A stretch of DNA of 64,000 bases from Macrostomum lignano (GCA_002269645.1 NIVC01000029.1:992001-1056000); one strand, 5' to 3'. Positions 1-15,900 are shown, numbered from the stretch's first letter. Translations and numbers: made by a program. The notes: a model not told the origin generated them from the letters alone.

Positions 1-6
1 CTCAAG

Positions 7-1071
7 GTAAAAACAATGCTACTTAGAAAGTGCAGAAGAGGTCGAGTTGCAAAGACAATGCATGAGCTTCAGTAGCCTATGGCTCAATCGTGTGGATGTC
101 ACTGGTAAGTCTTCCTGTTATAAATGAAGTTTTTTCGCAATTCTCATTGCATCACGGTCAATTTCAGAAGCCCCTGCTAGACTAAAAATCTCAACCGACG
201 CTGAAGAATGTCAAGAAAAATATGGTAATTTTTCGAAATTCACTTTCGAATCGCCGAGTTTAGCGTCGAGAACGAAGCACAGTTGTAAACTTTGGAATCG
301 ATTTGGCAACAGAATCTCACTGATGCAGAAGCTTGGCGAGTCTGTATGCGATGCTCGAGCAAATTCAATCAAGTCGATTTGGAGCTGTCAGAACTGCGGC
401 AACCCTGCAAAGCTGACAGTGAACTGTTCTGTCGTATGGAATAACCAGACAATAGCATCTACATCCTTCCAACAGCCTCTGTGTCGGACATGGATGCCTA
501 AGTTTAGTGAGTGTCGTTTTTAGGTTTTCAACAGCACTCTGCATTAAATGAGATCAAAGAAACAAGTTTTGATTGTTGTTTCACAAATCCGATGCTTCAC
601 AAACCAGACGATCCACAAATCCGATGCTTCACAAATACGATGCTTCACAAATCCAATGCTTCACAAATCCAATGCTTCACAAATCCGATGATTCACAAAT
701 CCGATGCTTCACAAATACGACGATTCACAAACCAGATGCTTTACACAATTTTTCAGCAATTTTAATGCTCTTCAAGGCCCTGGCTCTTCCACTCTTTATA
801 CTTTTGGCAGCAACAATGTTTTTAGTTACAGGAGCGTTTATTAAGAAGGTAAGTTGTTAAAGGCCTATTTGTATTAATATACCTGTGTGTTAAACACCTT
901 TTGTCAGCATTTTTTACAAATTTCAAAACTGCATTTCAGCGATATTGCAAACCAAGCCAAGATCAGTCCAGCTTATGGGTTGCCGCAGAGCTGGCTGACA
1001 GCAGTACACCGGAGGTGAGCCAGCTCAGACCTCCTGTGAAGGTTGAAACTTCGGCCGAGCCCATCGCTGTG
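7..1071 (+). CDS. Receptor paralog A, 3' part: last lectin exon (frameshifted), Cys-rich/FN3-like exon, TM exon, first cytoplasmic exon
   Basis: Exons 7-104 (VKTMLLRK...QCMSFSSLWLNRVDVT, homologous to the 103-nt exon of B but 98 nt, with the two halves in different frames), 168-506 (APARLKISTDAEEC..FTFESP..HSC..SIWSCQNC..LTVNC), 757-848 (TM ILMLFKALALPLFILLAATMFLVTGAFIKK) and 940-1071 (or 940-1014). GT-AG boundaries. The terminal exon was not confidently found. Confidence 0.7.
578..742. repeat. 16-bp minisatellite (TTCACAAATCCGATGC)n, about 10 copies, in an intron of A
   Basis: Tandem units are directly visible and account for ORFs 511-765 and 573-860. Confidence 0.9.
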
Positions 1072-1509
1072 GTAAGATAGTTCGCTGCTTTAAAGATAAA
1101 TTTTTACTTTTTTTCGCCATTTTCAGTACATTCTGTCCTTTTAGGCATCTGCTACAATTAGAAAAAATAATTGTCAACTTGTTAATCTGGAGCTTATGAA
1201 GGGAGTTGAAGCCTGAAGTTGAAATCTCTTCTGGCTCGTATAAAAACAAAATCGAAAATCAACTCTAATATGTTTTATGTGCTATATATATTTTTTGTTT
1301 AAAATTGTATTTTTATTACTTTAAACGGGCTAAATTCAATTAATTATTACTCTGCTCTTAAAGGCTATCCATTTTTTATCTTATTTGATATTGTATGATG
1401 CTTTTATTTTCAATAAAATGGTTCTTAAAGTCATTCGGCGTATTACATATTCAGATCATATTTTCACTGACTGTTGAATTGATAGAAAAGCCAATAGCGA
1501 AAGACGGAG

Positions 1510-2776
<1,267 letters not shown>

Positions 2777-3100
2777 ACACCAACTGCCCTGAGGTTTTTA
2801 TATTGGTACCGAAAAAATAAGCTTACACACGCGATGTAATCTCGCGATACGTTGAAAATGTTTATCAACTGGCTTCTTGTATTTATTTTTTCTCTTCTTC
2901 ACATATCGCCTAAAATAATATACGAGTAAACTATAACAAACCAGAACTCTTTCGATGCAGCTTTAACTCGTGCCAGAGCAACACACCAGCATAGACTGAT
3001 CGGTTGTACTTGTCTCGTTATTTTTATGTGCTTAAAACTCATACATATGGTTACATTTGAAAGTAGGGTCAGTATCGGTTAATAAAGATAATTAATAGTA

Positions 3101-4400
3101 GAACTACCAAGAGGGGGGGAATTCCCCCCCCCCCCTGACAATATTTTTTGCTGCACCGGAACGGAGCAACGCAGGCACACGAAGTTCAAGAACACGGGCT
3201 AACTTTTTGTTGCGAACCTTCTCAAACAAGAATCAAGTCGCCAGCCCTTCGGACCGTCGAGATATTCGACGATTCTGCCAGAAGGTCGGATTTTTCCCAT
3301 AAGCGCTAGTGTATTCAGTACACCCCTGTGCGCCAATCAGCACTGCGCCTCAGTGCAGCCTTGCCAAGCCTCCAAATTTCATCAGCACGTCGACCAAATG
3401 TGTCTGCATCAGCTCTGACTTCGTTGGTCAGAGCCTCAACTGCCGGACACCTTCAGCTAGTCTCCTAAGCATTTAGCCATCACCCCGACGCCGTCGGCAC
3501 CTTCAACGGGTGGCACCAGGGGAGTAAGGACACCTGAGCGTGATTTTTCATCATGCTCTTAACATTTCTGAATCATTAAAAGATGAAAAAACCGATTGAA
3601 TTTACTGGCTTCTTAAAAGCATAACCCTTTCTGCATAAAAATTGGGTTCAATATTATAGTTGAATAAACTAAACAGCTTCTCGAATAAAATATGTATGTA
3701 GCTCGTATGCATAAAAGTATGTGTAATAATAATATAAATATACAGCAACATGAGTTCAAGCTTAACTATAGCAATGTCCGTGCTTTAAAAATTCTGAGAG
3801 CTTCAGAAATGTAAAATCACGCTCAGGTGTCCTTACTCCCCTGGTGCCACCTGTTGAAGGTGCCGACGGCGTCGGGGTGATGGCTGAATGCTTGACTGAC
3901 TAGCTGAGGATGTCTGGCGGTTGATTCGTGCCCACTGTCGAGGCTTGATCGGTGAAACTAGAGAAATTCGCATCAAGGTGTTCATAGTCACCTGGTGCCA
4001 CCTGTTGAAGGTCTAGAAGCTCCGTCTGGGTGAAGGCCAGTAACCAACGAAGTCAGAGCTGATGCAGACACATTTGGTCGACGTGCTGATGAAATTTGGA
4101 GGCTTGGCAAGGCTGCACTGAGGCGCAGTGCTGATTGGCGCACAGGGGTGTACTGAATACACTAGCACTTATGGGAAAAATCCGACCTTCTGGCAGAATC
4201 GTCGAATATCTCGACGGTCCGAAGGGCTGGCGACTTGATTCTTGTTTGAGAAGGTGCGCAAAAAAAAGTTAGCCCGTGTTCTCGAACTTCGTGAGCCGGC
4301 GTTGCTCCGTTCTGGCGCACCAAAAAATATTGTCCACCTCTTGGTAGTTCGACGGGCGGAAAAATGGCTTGGTATTCCTACTGTTAATACGCTCGTATTT
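3101..4400. mobile_element. Unclassified dispersed repeat family R1 (about 450 bp, GC hairpin near one end): two copies in inverted orientation
   Basis: 3101-3548 is the reverse complement of about 3813-4345. The same family occurs at 8614-9085, 16938-17236 and 17445-17835. A GGGGGGAATTCCCCCC-type hairpin precedes CTTGGTAGTTC. Confidence 0.7.
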
Positions 4401-4519
4401 ACCTGCCAGCCGCCAGCTGCCAGCCCCTATATTTGGTAGTAGACAGCGACAGAAATTAGATCTGTAATAAAATGAGCTATCAATTTACACGATAAGCAAC
4501 GCAGCTAATTAGAAAGAAG

Positions 4520-4650
4520 ACAGAGAGAAAGGAGAGAGAAGTGAGAGAGGAGAGAGAAGTGAGAGAGGAGAGAGAGGAGCGAGAGGAGAGAGAGGAGAGG
4601 AGAGAGAGAGAGAGAGGAGAGAGGTGAGAGAGAGATAGAGAGAGAGAGAC
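4520..4650. repeat. GA-rich simple repeat
   Basis: (GAGA/GGAGA)n directly visible. Confidence 0.9.
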
Positions 4651-4789
4651 AAAGGGCCGTAACACCACCGAGCCTGCGAGGGAGAGAGAAAGTGCGGGAC
4701 CAACGTGACTAAGCGCCGTCATGAACGGTACAGAGGACAGCCAGCTTCGACCTAAATCTGGCACTCCAGTGCAGCCGTAATCATATCCC

Positions 4790-5575
4790 TGGTCTCCGCA
4801 GCACGGCAGCGATGAAATACCTGGAGAAACGCGGCTTATACCCAGTCAATGCATGGACAGACGGCTTGGTCGCTGGTAGCCACCACTAACGGAACTAGCG
4901 CTGCCCTCGTCATTACTCAAGCTTGGGGCCGCATCATCTCCGACGCGGCAGAAGATTTCTGCAGCAGAACACAGGCAGAGCTCCAGGCTATTTCTCGCTC
5001 GCTTTGCAGGCGTTCCAAGACCTCCAGAGCATCTTGGCGGGCCCCAGCAGCGGCAGCAGACTTGTTTCAAATATATGAAGTCTGATTAACAGCGCCGACG
5101 TCAACATAGTTAGAATATAGTTGAACGAGAGAGCGGATGAGGCGGCGAAGACGACTAATGCAGAACAGGAAGAACTAGACATACCGCTCATTACAGCTAG
5201 CTTGCACCTACGCCGCAGTGCACCCTGGCCGCGGCTGCCGGACCTCCCCAGGAGACTGAACGTTTTCCTTCGTCAGTTTAGGGCCGGCTGCAACACCCTG
5301 GCCGACGCCACCCGCCACCGACTGAGTCTGTCCGACTCCGATCTGTGCCCGCGGACTGCGGGGATCGTGACAACGAGCAGCATTTACTGCTCGACTGCCC
5401 TAGAGGCGACGGGGCACGCCTAGCCGACCTCCTGGCGGATGCGCAGGCCACTTTCGCCCTCCTTCGCAGGCTGGGGCGACACCGGGGCATGCGGTGCAGA
5501 GAGAGAAAGAGGGGGCAGCGTAAGCCGTGGCAGTTACCCGCCTCCTATACGGAACTGTTATTTGTCACCGACTGA
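4790..5575 (+). mobile_element. Degenerate 3' fragment of an RNase H-bearing non-LTR retrotransposon (RNase H + C-terminal CCHC knuckle)
   Basis: Motifs across shifted frames: WTDG, CSRTQAELQAI, NERADEAAK (RNase H) and DCGDRDNEQHLLLDCP (knuckle). Several stops and frameshifts. Confidence 0.7.
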
Positions 5576-6536
5576 CTGTTGTCATGCTATTTTTTCATTT
5601 TTTATTTCTTTATTGCAACTATAAAATCGAGCATTGCTTTACTAGCTTTAACTGCTGTCATTTGCCTGCGTGTGCCAATGATTGACAGCGCGCTTACGCC
5701 GATGCATTCCTTTTTCGGCACAACAAAATGGTACTGTTGCCACAGATACATACAGTTTCAGGCTGATCTGCGCTATGCACACGGAATTTCTTTTCACTAG
5801 TAAATACTGATAAATCTAAGCCATTTAGAAGTCAGAACTGTGAAAACTTTCCAATTAAAATAGAATCGAACATCTGAACAATCTGAATCTATGAGAAAAT
5901 AGATTCAGGTTGATACTTATAGCTCGTAATCACCAGGCAGCAGCAAAACACTTTTCCATTTAAATTTAGCTTCAAATATTGATGCTTTAGACATAAATGA
6001 TGATTTATATATATATATATATGTATTATGATGATGGTTTGCAATGCTTTAATTTTGAACACATGCCATAAACTTGTGCGCATGTAGGTGTCGGCGATAT
6101 ACATAGGAGTTCCTGTGTGTTCCTGTGAGACTCCCAACTAAATGAAGAGTTTAAACTTAGCAACATAAGACCATGCTTCCAACGCCCCTTTAGCGCCACC
6201 TACAGTGGCTCACATGTGACGGGTTAATGTCGAAATGCTTCAAACGTTCCATTAAGATTTTGCCCTATCCAAGTTCTACACATCTTCACTTCAGTTTAAT
6301 TATTACAAATTCAACGTTTAAAGCAGCCAATTTGCTTGTAAAATTGGAAAGCATTGCTAATGCTGGACAAACACTGACCATGCAGTTGAAAGACTTTAGT
6401 TGGACTTCCGGCACCCCCTCCCCCACACAGCAATATGATTAAGCAGCCAACGAAGCTTTATTATGGTCACATTTCTCTAAAACAAACGCGCCCTGCAGCT
6501 TCACGCAGTGAAATTTTCAGGTACAGTTGAAGCGTC

Positions 6537-9500
6537 ATGAAGCTTCTGGCCTGCGTTCTGCTTGTTGCATCGGTAATTGAAAGTCTGATTGCCGCGACTT
6601 CGGGACTGTGTAAGTTAAAGAAATAAGTTGAGATGTTTTTGATAATTTTTCATTTAAAAAAAACAGCAATAATTTTGATGCTTCAGGCCGACTCCAAGTC
6701 ACGCGCAAAGCGATCGCCAGCTCATGGCAGTCATCTCACTATACGAGCTCTTATACTAGTACATCAAGGTGCTTTTACACTCGATCAGAAATCAGGACGG
6801 GACAGTGGGACTTCATTCACTCCGGAGATCGCAACTCTTCTGCAGTTGACGGATACCATTGGTTTGTCCTTTTGCTGAATCAAAGTGAAAGAATTCGGTC
6901 TGTCACTGTCGAAAGTAGAGGTGAGGGAGTTTCTGCTGCCAAATTTATGTATTTTTGCGAATATATATTCTGCGAAGGCACCAAGTCTACTATGTCATGA
7001 AAAAATGGAATCAAAAAAATTTCAGATGTACCAGGATATTCAGTAGAGTTCCGTGCAGCAGACGTTGAGCTCTTTGCCTCACAGTCGGACCTGAGCAGCC
7101 AGCTCGGGTCTGAGCACTGCGGCTCTCGGCAAATCAGTTCGGTTTTCAATTCAAAACCGTCGGCTTGGAGCTACTGCGGTAAAACAAAATCAAAAATAGA
7201 TAAAGGAGAACACTTGACTGTAAAATGCGACCGAACAGTAAGTACATTCCAGCAATTTGATGGGTCACTTACAATGATTTATAGATTTTATATTTAGAAC
7301 ATTAGTGTTGACACTTAAAAGTGTGACTACTAAAATTTTGTAAACTTTCAGGTCCGCATGTTGCTGCTTAGAAAGTTCGTTGCGAATCTGACAAATAGCT
7401 ACCATCAGTGCATGAACTTTGTGAACATGTGGCTTAATCGCATCGACTTTGAGGGTGAGTTAAATTGTGTATGCTTGCTCTAATATGAGAAGGCATGTTG
7501 GCATATAAGCATTGAGATATTTCTAGTTAAGATGAAAAAAATTTAATTTTTCGATCTGATTTGAAATGGATTTCAGTTTGGTAGATGCACACAAATCAGA
7601 AATCAGAATGACTTCGTACTTTCAGGTCCGCAAAGTCGATACAAAATCTCCACAGAGTTGGGCATCTGCAATGCAGCAACTCCAAGAGCTGATGTCAAAG
7701 TCACCTTTGAGTCTCCAGACGCATCCAAGCACTTGTGCAGAGCATTCGACTCTAAAGGCCAGCAGCTGACAATTAGAGCCGTGAAAAATCCAACCTGCGA
7801 CGTGGCTGACAATTTGCTGAGGTCCCAGTGGCTGTGCTCAAACTGCAGCAGCTCAGCCAATGTGTCTGTAATCTGCGATGCTAATCGGCATCAAGCTAAA
7901 ACAACTATTGGCACAGAATGCCCAAAAAATAGTAAGTTTTTTTAGCAAAAGTAAATGGCAATACTGGACAGACATTGGCGTCAAGTAATACGATTTGAAT
8001 CTTCGGTTAAAAAAACTATTTTAGAACCTTGGCCGCTGGTAATAGTCCTGACAGTTGTTTTTATTTTGTTAATATTGGCATCCGCTTTATTCGTCTTTGC
8101 TCGCAAGAAGGTAAGTATTGCATAGTACAAAGCTCCAAGCAAAAGAGCAAGATTGGTATTGATGCAACAATTACCTTGAGCTAATTTTTGTTTTTACAAA
8201 CCATCAGTTCTGCAGCCAGCCTCAAAGCAACAAAGATGAACCCCCAGCGGTCTCTTCTCATCCAATGGCCGCTTTGAACTGCGATGCGCCTCAGCAGAAA
8301 GCCGTGGCAGCAACCACAACCGATGTCACCCAGCCCAGCATATCGGTGCTGGAAGCAGAAGTTAATGAGGATAGCAATAGTTCTGAACTCTTCCGGGTGA
8401 GTCTGCGGATGATTGGAGAAGCGACTTTTTATATTTTGAGTAAAAGAGCGAAACCATAACAACATTTCATTTTTTATCTTTTCTTAAAAGCCTCAGTTAT
8501 GATTGGCCTGTGCTGATCTATCTTTCTATAGTTGTTTGCGAAAGTACGATTCTCAACGCTGAAATATATCCTCATATCAAAGCTATGCACATCTACGCCG
8601 AGGATGCTCAGCAGTTGAGGCTTGATCAGCGAAACTAGAGAAATTCGCAACAAGGGTGTCCATAGTCACCTGGTGCCACCTGCTGTAGGTCCAGAAGCCA
8701 GTAACCAACGAAGCCAGAGCTGATGCAGACGCATGTGGTCGACGTGCTGATGAAATTTGGAGACTTGGCAAGGCTGCACTAAGGCATAGTGCTGATTGGC
8801 GCACAGGGGTGTACTGAATACACTAGCGCTTATGGGAAAAATCTGACCTTCTGGCAGAATCGTCGAATATCTCGACGGTTCAGAGGGCTGAAGAATTGGT
8901 TCTTGTTTGATAAGGTGTACGTGCAACAAAAACTTAGCCCGTGTTCTTGAATTTCGTGTGCCTGCGTTGCTTCGTTTTGGCGCAGCAAAAGAAATTGTCA
9001 GGGAGGGATTCTATATGAAAAAAGGAAAATCCCCACCTTGGTTGTTTGACGGGCGGAAAAATGGCTTGGCATTCCTACTGTTAAAAGCGCAATTTGTCTC
9101 TTAAAAATATGATTTTTTGAGACGAAAATTCGACTTTTTAAAGCGCCTAATGGACGCTTTCTTACATTTCGATATTACGAAAATCACACGAAACTACATG
9201 AATCACATGAAACTCGTAGCATGTGTTTGCTTCGAGTTGGCTTGATAGTTGAGCTAACCAAGTTGATAGTTAAGCCAGGAGTTTAGTTTCTGAGCAGAAC
9301 AGATTTTTAAGCGCGAGGACATTTGAGGTCATGGCTTACGAGCTCGTACCATATATAGAAGTTATTCAAATAGGAGCAAATCGAAAAAACTCGATTTGTT
9401 TTCACTGCTGTGCGTGAGTCACAGTCTTGAAATAATCTCTTCCGAATGTTCCTCGCGTTAGTACTCGAGCAAGTAGTAATTATGTAAATTGAATAAGTCT

Positions 9501-9755
9501 ATATTATTTCTCTAAGCAAAAACAACGGCAATTTCTAGTGGCCATCGGTCGTATGCCATAAAATCGAACGTTGCTACCACTACTTGTTGAATTTGTCAAT
9601 CACCACTTCAGAGACAGATAACGAGCGAGTGCTGCTATGATACGGTTAACCCCGACGAACAGATGATGGAGTTGTCGCAGAGCAGTCGGGTCAATAGCGA
9701 TGCCACCGAATACTTGGAGATCATCTCCGATGGTATTGAACAGCAATCTGAATGA
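6537..9755 (+). CDS. Receptor paralog B: SP - F-type-lectin-like - Cys-rich/FN3-like - TM - ITIM-like/ITSM tail (about 448 aa)
   Basis: Exons 6537-6609 (MKLLACVLLVASVIESLIAATSGL), 6687-6920, 7026-7237, 7352-7454, 7626-7931, 8025-8110 (TM), 8208-8396 and 9612-9755 (CCYDTV...TEYLEIISDGI). All GT-AG with consistent phases; total 1347 nt, open. Confidence 0.85.
8614..9085 (+). mobile_element. R1 dispersed repeat copy in the last intron of B
   Basis: High similarity to about 3950-4400 and 17445-17835. Confidence 0.75.
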
Positions 9756-10559
9756 TAATTGTTCTGTTTTCATGGACACGTCTACGGAGTACTACTAGGT
9801 ATAATCATACAGAATTACATGTACTAAATTACTCCATATCTTTAGAAAGTAATCAACACTCCATGTAGGTATTCATAGCAAAACTTGTTGTGACTCACAT
9901 TTTTATGCTTTCTTCGAAGAAATTTTCGCCTTAACAACTTTTTTCCGATACGTGAATTGTCCATATTTGTTTATATTGGCTAAGTGTTAAAAACGGCCTA
10001 CTCATTCGTTAACGCACTGTTCAAAATTTTCCATGAGTTTTTTTCTTGTTATTTTTTTGAAAGTATACAGTATATTCATAAGAATTTCTGCGTGTTTGAA
10101 TTTGTTAGTTTGAATACATGCTGGTTTTCCTGTATGTACACATGTATTTCATCTATCAATCAACGCTACATTTATGGGATTATTCCCTAACTAAAATTGT
10201 GAGAACATCTCATCTCAAAAACCCCATCTTTGATTCCATAAAGACAACCAAAAAAAATACAGAAAAATTCGCGCTAACCACTTAAAGATGAGCAATGCGA
10301 GTGGAACATACTAGGGAGTATGTTTTAAACAATTTACACTTTCTTGCTAGGATTCTTGCTAAAATTAGCATTCAATCGAATGATCTTCAAATAAATTAAT
10401 TCAGGTGCTACATTGTAAGTATAAATGCACAAATGCATATATTTATTTCAAGCGCTTCCCAAGGTTACATGCCGGTAGATACATGTTTAAAACTAGAATT
10501 CAGTCTGGAAGAGGATCCTGGGTCGATGTAGGTCTTCATACATCGACTTTTGGGGACAT

Positions 10560-11897
10560 AAGTCGGGACACCGACAGGGATAGAGATGGGGTCAGGGATA
10601 GGAACACGAACAAGGACATGGGTCATAGACAGGGACAGAAAAAAGCCATGGGTCAGAGATAGGGACAAAGGGGACAGAGACATGGATCAGAGACAGGGAC
10701 AAGGGGGACAGAGACATGGATCAGAGACAGGGACAAGGGGGACAGAGACATGGGTCAGAGACAGGAACAGGGACATGGGTCAGAGACAGGAACAGGGACA
10801 TGGGTCAGAGACAGGGACAGGAACATGGGTCAGAGACAGGGACAGGAACATTGGTCAGAAACAAGAACAGGAAAAAACCATGGGTCAGAGACAGGGACAA
10901 GGGGGACAGAGACATGGATCAGAGACAGGGACAAGGGGGACAGAGACATGGATCAGAGACAAGGACAAGGGGGACAGAGACATGGATCAGAGACAGGGAC
11001 AAGGGGGACAGAGACATGGATCAGAGACAGGGACAAGGGGGACAGAGACATGGGTCAGAGACAGGGACAGGAACATGGGTCAGAGACAGGGACAGGAACA
11101 TTGGTCAGAAACAAGGACAGGAAAAAACCATGGGTCAGAGACAGGGACAAGGGGGACAGAGACATGGATCAGAGACAGGGACAAGGGGGACAGAGACATG
11201 GGTCAGAGACAGGGACAAGGGGGACAGAGACATGGGTCAGAGACAGGGACAGGAACATGGGTCAGAGACAGGGACAGGAACATTGGTCAGAAACAAGGAC
11301 AGGAAAAAACCATGGGTCAGAGACAGGGACAAGGGGGACAGAGACATGGGTCAGAGACAGGGACAAGGGGGACAGAGACATGGATCAGAGACAGGGACAA
11401 GGGGGACAGAGACATGGGTCAGAGACAGGAACAGGGACATGGGTCAGAGACAGGGACAGGAACATGGGTCAGAGACAGGGACAGGAACATGGGTCAGAGA
11501 CAGGGACAGGAACATGGGTCAGAGACAGGGACAGGAACATGGGTCAGAGACAGGGACAGGAACATGGGTCAGAAACAAGGACAGGAAAAAACCATGGGTC
11601 ACAGACAGGGACAAGGGGGACAGGGACATGGGTCAGAGACAGGGACAAGGGGGACAGAGACATGGATCAGAGACAGGGACAAGGGGGACAGAGACATGGG
11701 TCAGAGACAGGAACAGGGACATGGGTCAGAGACAGGGACAGGAACATGGGTCAGAGACAGGGACAGGAACATGGGTCAGAGACAGGGACAGGAACATGGG
11801 TCAGAGACAGGGACAGGAACATGGGTCAGAAACAAGGACAGGAAAAAACCATGGGTCAGAGACAGGGACAAGGGGGACAGGGATGGAGACAGAGACA
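10560..11897. repeat. Complex purine-rich minisatellite (CATGGGTCAGAGACAGGGACAAG... units of about 23-31 bp)
   Basis: Visible tandem units; all three + frames are open only because of base composition. Confidence 0.95.
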
Positions 11898-12962
11898 GGA
11901 AGTCGTGTCTCACAGCTCAACACCGAGAAGAAAATGATTACGAACGATTTCTATTCTGAATGCACGCTAGACGTTTGTTGTCGTTATGTCGTTCTGATCC
12001 CAGCTTAAATCGGTATTACTCGTAGGTTGCACAATGATCATTCATCAAAGCTAAAAGGATTGATAACAATGTTTTTAACTGAATGGTGCACCACATCAAT
12101 TTGATGATCAAATAGGTCCGTCAAAGTTTACGTCTTTGTGCTGGATTGCAGGATGGCATCTGTCGTCGCCTAAAACCAGATTCAACAGGAACCAAGTCAA
12201 CATATTGTGCACTAGATTTAGTTCGTACTCTAACTATTTTAGGCTGCTAACTACTGATCGTCTTCTCGTCCAGCGCCTCGGGAGAATATAGCAGCCACAC
12301 GACAGGGGGTCTTTTTCAATTTTAAAATTTTCGGTAAGCGATTTCTCACATACGCGATACATCGCTTCGTGACCATATAATGATGCAGCTGTTACCAGAA
12401 TATTGCAACTATTGTTTACTTGTAGCTGGAGTTTTGAAATTGTTGCACACAGCGGAGGTGAGCTTACAAAACGCTGAATTTCACTGACCAGAGATCCAGT
12501 ATATTACAGCATCGTTAAAGACAATAATTCGTGAAATTAGCTATTATTATTGAAGTGAGGGGCTTCCAGAATATAATCGAAACGGCCGAGACAGAACCAC
12601 CTAGACCTGAAAGATCTACGTAAATAGCTAAAGATTTATAAACCGAACGGAACACGAGGTAAACAGGGTTCTTTAAATAGTCAAAGATGAATTTACAATT
12701 TAATGATAGCCCTTCAAGCAGATTATGGTAAGTGTCCAAAATGTCCAAATGCACACTAATAATGTAAACTAGTTGGTTTCAAACGCTTTGCCAAAACAAA
12801 TTTGGCTAGGAAATGAGCGTCAGCTGCGCTGCAGGTTGGTATAAATATTCTGAATATTCGCGAATGAAAAGCAATATCATTAACGTTCATTGCAGAGTGA
12901 CGAAATTTAGTTCAGCGATTGCAGTCTTACAAGCGTAAGCTTTAAAGATACTTTTATTGAGT

Positions 12963-15900
12963 ATGATTAATTCCGCACTGATATCTGCTTTAATTTACAT
13001 TTTTATGGCAACTTGCCTGCTCCAATATTTTGCGGAGTCTGCATTTGAATGTAAGTAACAGAAATTTTCGTAAATGTCTCAATAGTCAATAATAAATTCT
13101 ATCACAGTTTTGAATGCTTACATGCATTACATATTTTAAATTACTACTAGGTACTGAATTTGTAACTACTGGTGCAGGAGAAAAGACCTGGCAGTCATCG
13201 AGTTTCAAAGAGTACACTAAAGGCCCGTTTATTTGTGGGATTGGGGGAAGTCAGTTGGACGGGGCCTTCAAATCAGCTGACGAAGGCTCAGCCGCTGACA
13301 AAGGCTATCACTGGTTGGCCGTCCAGCTTAGAAGTACTGTTTGGACAGATGGGTTTGTTATCTCACGTGAGTATATCTATTCATATATTATGGTTATTGA
13401 TTTTATGATAATATTTAATTTTAATATGCAAGTAAAGTGGTATCCCCAAAATGCAGCAATTACAAGCGAAAGCCAGCTAGCAGAGAGAATTGAAGTTTGG
13501 ACAACAACAGAAACAATTGGATTTGGTTCTGAAAAGTGCAACTCCAGAAATATGAGCTCAGTATTTGAGACTAACAAGAAATATTGGACTTTCTGTGGAT
13601 CTTCTAAGCCAACTGCAATTCAAGTGAACTGTTCCAGTGTCCAGGAGGTGAGCTTATCAGTCTATAATTCAGTAAAGGTGTGTTAATAACTTAACACACT
13701 TATATACCAAGCAATTCCCTCAAAAAAATTCAGGCCAAAACAGTACTGCTTCGCAAGCCTGCGTGGAACAACAAAACCAACGCAATTGAGAGCATGGCTT
13801 TTAGTATTTTGGCCTATAAGTATATCTCGATCGATAGTGAGTTAAGATTACATACTTTTTACTCTTTTTCATTAGCCATAAAATACATTTATTTATTCTT
13901 TCAGTTACCTTTGACATAGCACCGCCGTCTAATATAAGCTCGAATACCAGTGCCAAGGTGAGATGCAATGTGAGTTGCATTGATAGTTTGGCAAGTATCA
14001 AATTAATACACTTGAGCACTAACCGGACACTTGCAACTGGAAATGAGACCTATGTAATCGACTCTGTGAATGAGGAAGATTATGGAGTCTATGCGTGCAG
14101 TGTTGGTGGAGTTGTTGTCAGCTCTGGCTATCTATCAGTTGCTTGTGAGTTGTCCAGTTCTCATTGAAATTAGTCCATTAAGATTAGACACACCAGACTT
14201 GATTCATTTTATCATTTTGGCTAGGCATTACAGTACCCATAAAAATTAATTCATTTATACTTTTCAGCTAAGGAAACTAAAGAGCTTCAAAGGCCATCCT
14301 CACCTGAACTTACTCAGTTCTACATATACATATTGATGGCAGTTTCCTCGATTCTGTTAATAGCTGTTGTCGCAGGAGCGATATTTGCTTGTAGAAAAAT
14401 GGTATTAATATGCAACTTTTCTGATCTTTTGTGTCTTTCCTTATGTACAATCCATGCGCCTACGCAGCAATTAAAGTACAGAATTATTAATTTAAATAAC
14501 AAAATATTAAAATATTTCCAACAGGCTATTGGAAGCCATCAAACGCTTGAACGAAAGCTAGCAACTGTAAGGTGAGTAATTTATGCTACACATATATATA
14601 GTAATTTGCTAGAACGACTTGTTTATGTGTCGTTCAATGAACAACAAGATTATTGGTCAAGAAACAATTTTCTAGCTTCTGAGAAACAAGGACCACTGGA
14701 ACATCTAGTCTAGTAGTCCTTGCTGAGAAATACAGAACGTATTTGTATTTGTGTGAGTCAAACTGTCTATATACCAGTTTTGTAGCTTTTTAAGAACTAT
14801 TAAAAGAGCTATTAAAAGAATCCAATAAAAAAACTTAGGTTTTCATTCACTAAGTTAGACAACTTAAAGTTTATTGCTCGAGTAAATTGAATCTTTAATT
14901 AGGCAATATCAACAGGCAGCTAAAAATGATATATTGCGTAAAATAGGAAGCTTTTATTCGGACTAGACTGAAATCAAACACGTTTGCGATTTCATGTCTA
15001 AATAGAATTTGCTATCATATAGTTACTGATGGCTATTAGATTTAGCTACCGAGCTAATGATACTGAGCTATTTGTTATGAGTGTTTCTAAGAAAGAAGGG
15101 AGAAGCGAGGTACCCTATCCTTCTACGTGCTACGTGTATTTGTCGGTCGACCGCTTTTAGTCTTATTCAGGCACTGATTGAATATAATTGTTAGCCATGC
15201 ATATGGATTGAGATATATAGCTATATAATGAAATTATAATTAGTGTGACAGTACCTGCATGTAAATCAAACTATTTCGATGTGGGCAGCTAATCCAAGCC
15301 AAAATACCTGTTTTTAGAGTCAATCTATTAAACCTTGCATGCATAAAATTTATAATAGCTATTAAAATAATTTTTATAAATTTATCACGAGAAAAAATAT
15401 TTACATGAATTCACATCAACGTTGCCTATAAAGTTGAGGATGTAAAAATTAACACATTTGGTCTAGTCGTAAGATTCGATAAAGAATCAGGCGCAATCTG
15501 CCACCGCATCCATTTTAGAGCCAGAAGTTCGCAGGAAATCGCCTTTTTTCCACATTTATCCCCTTTGGGGAAGCCTCTTCGTAGAGCACAGTCAAGTTCC
15601 CATTTAGATCTGAACAACAATTTTTAGCCTTGATTTTGTTCTTTGACTTTTCGCTTCCAAATTGAGTTCAATTCACACATAAAGCATTTCTCCGTGTGTC
15701 AGCAATGTGAAGGAAGGACTTGCGCGACATCAAAGAACTCGGCCACAAATTGACGGAAAATATTCGAAAACGTTTCGTTCGAAAAGTCTCCTCCAGGGAG
15801 CCTTGTACCGGAACCAATGTCCATGTGTGTTAATTTATCAGCTCTAAAGCTGTTGGAATACTGCGAGAAAATAAAATTTATTGGATTGCTAAAACATAAT

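Noticed and set aside
1125-1270. Terminal exon of A
   Set aside because: Several possible acceptors, none giving a tail with the family tyrosine motifs; left unassigned.
10586-12008. Three overlapping 400-450 aa ORFs
   Set aside because: All three frames are open because the purine-rich minisatellite lacks stop codons; no domain, signal or splice support.
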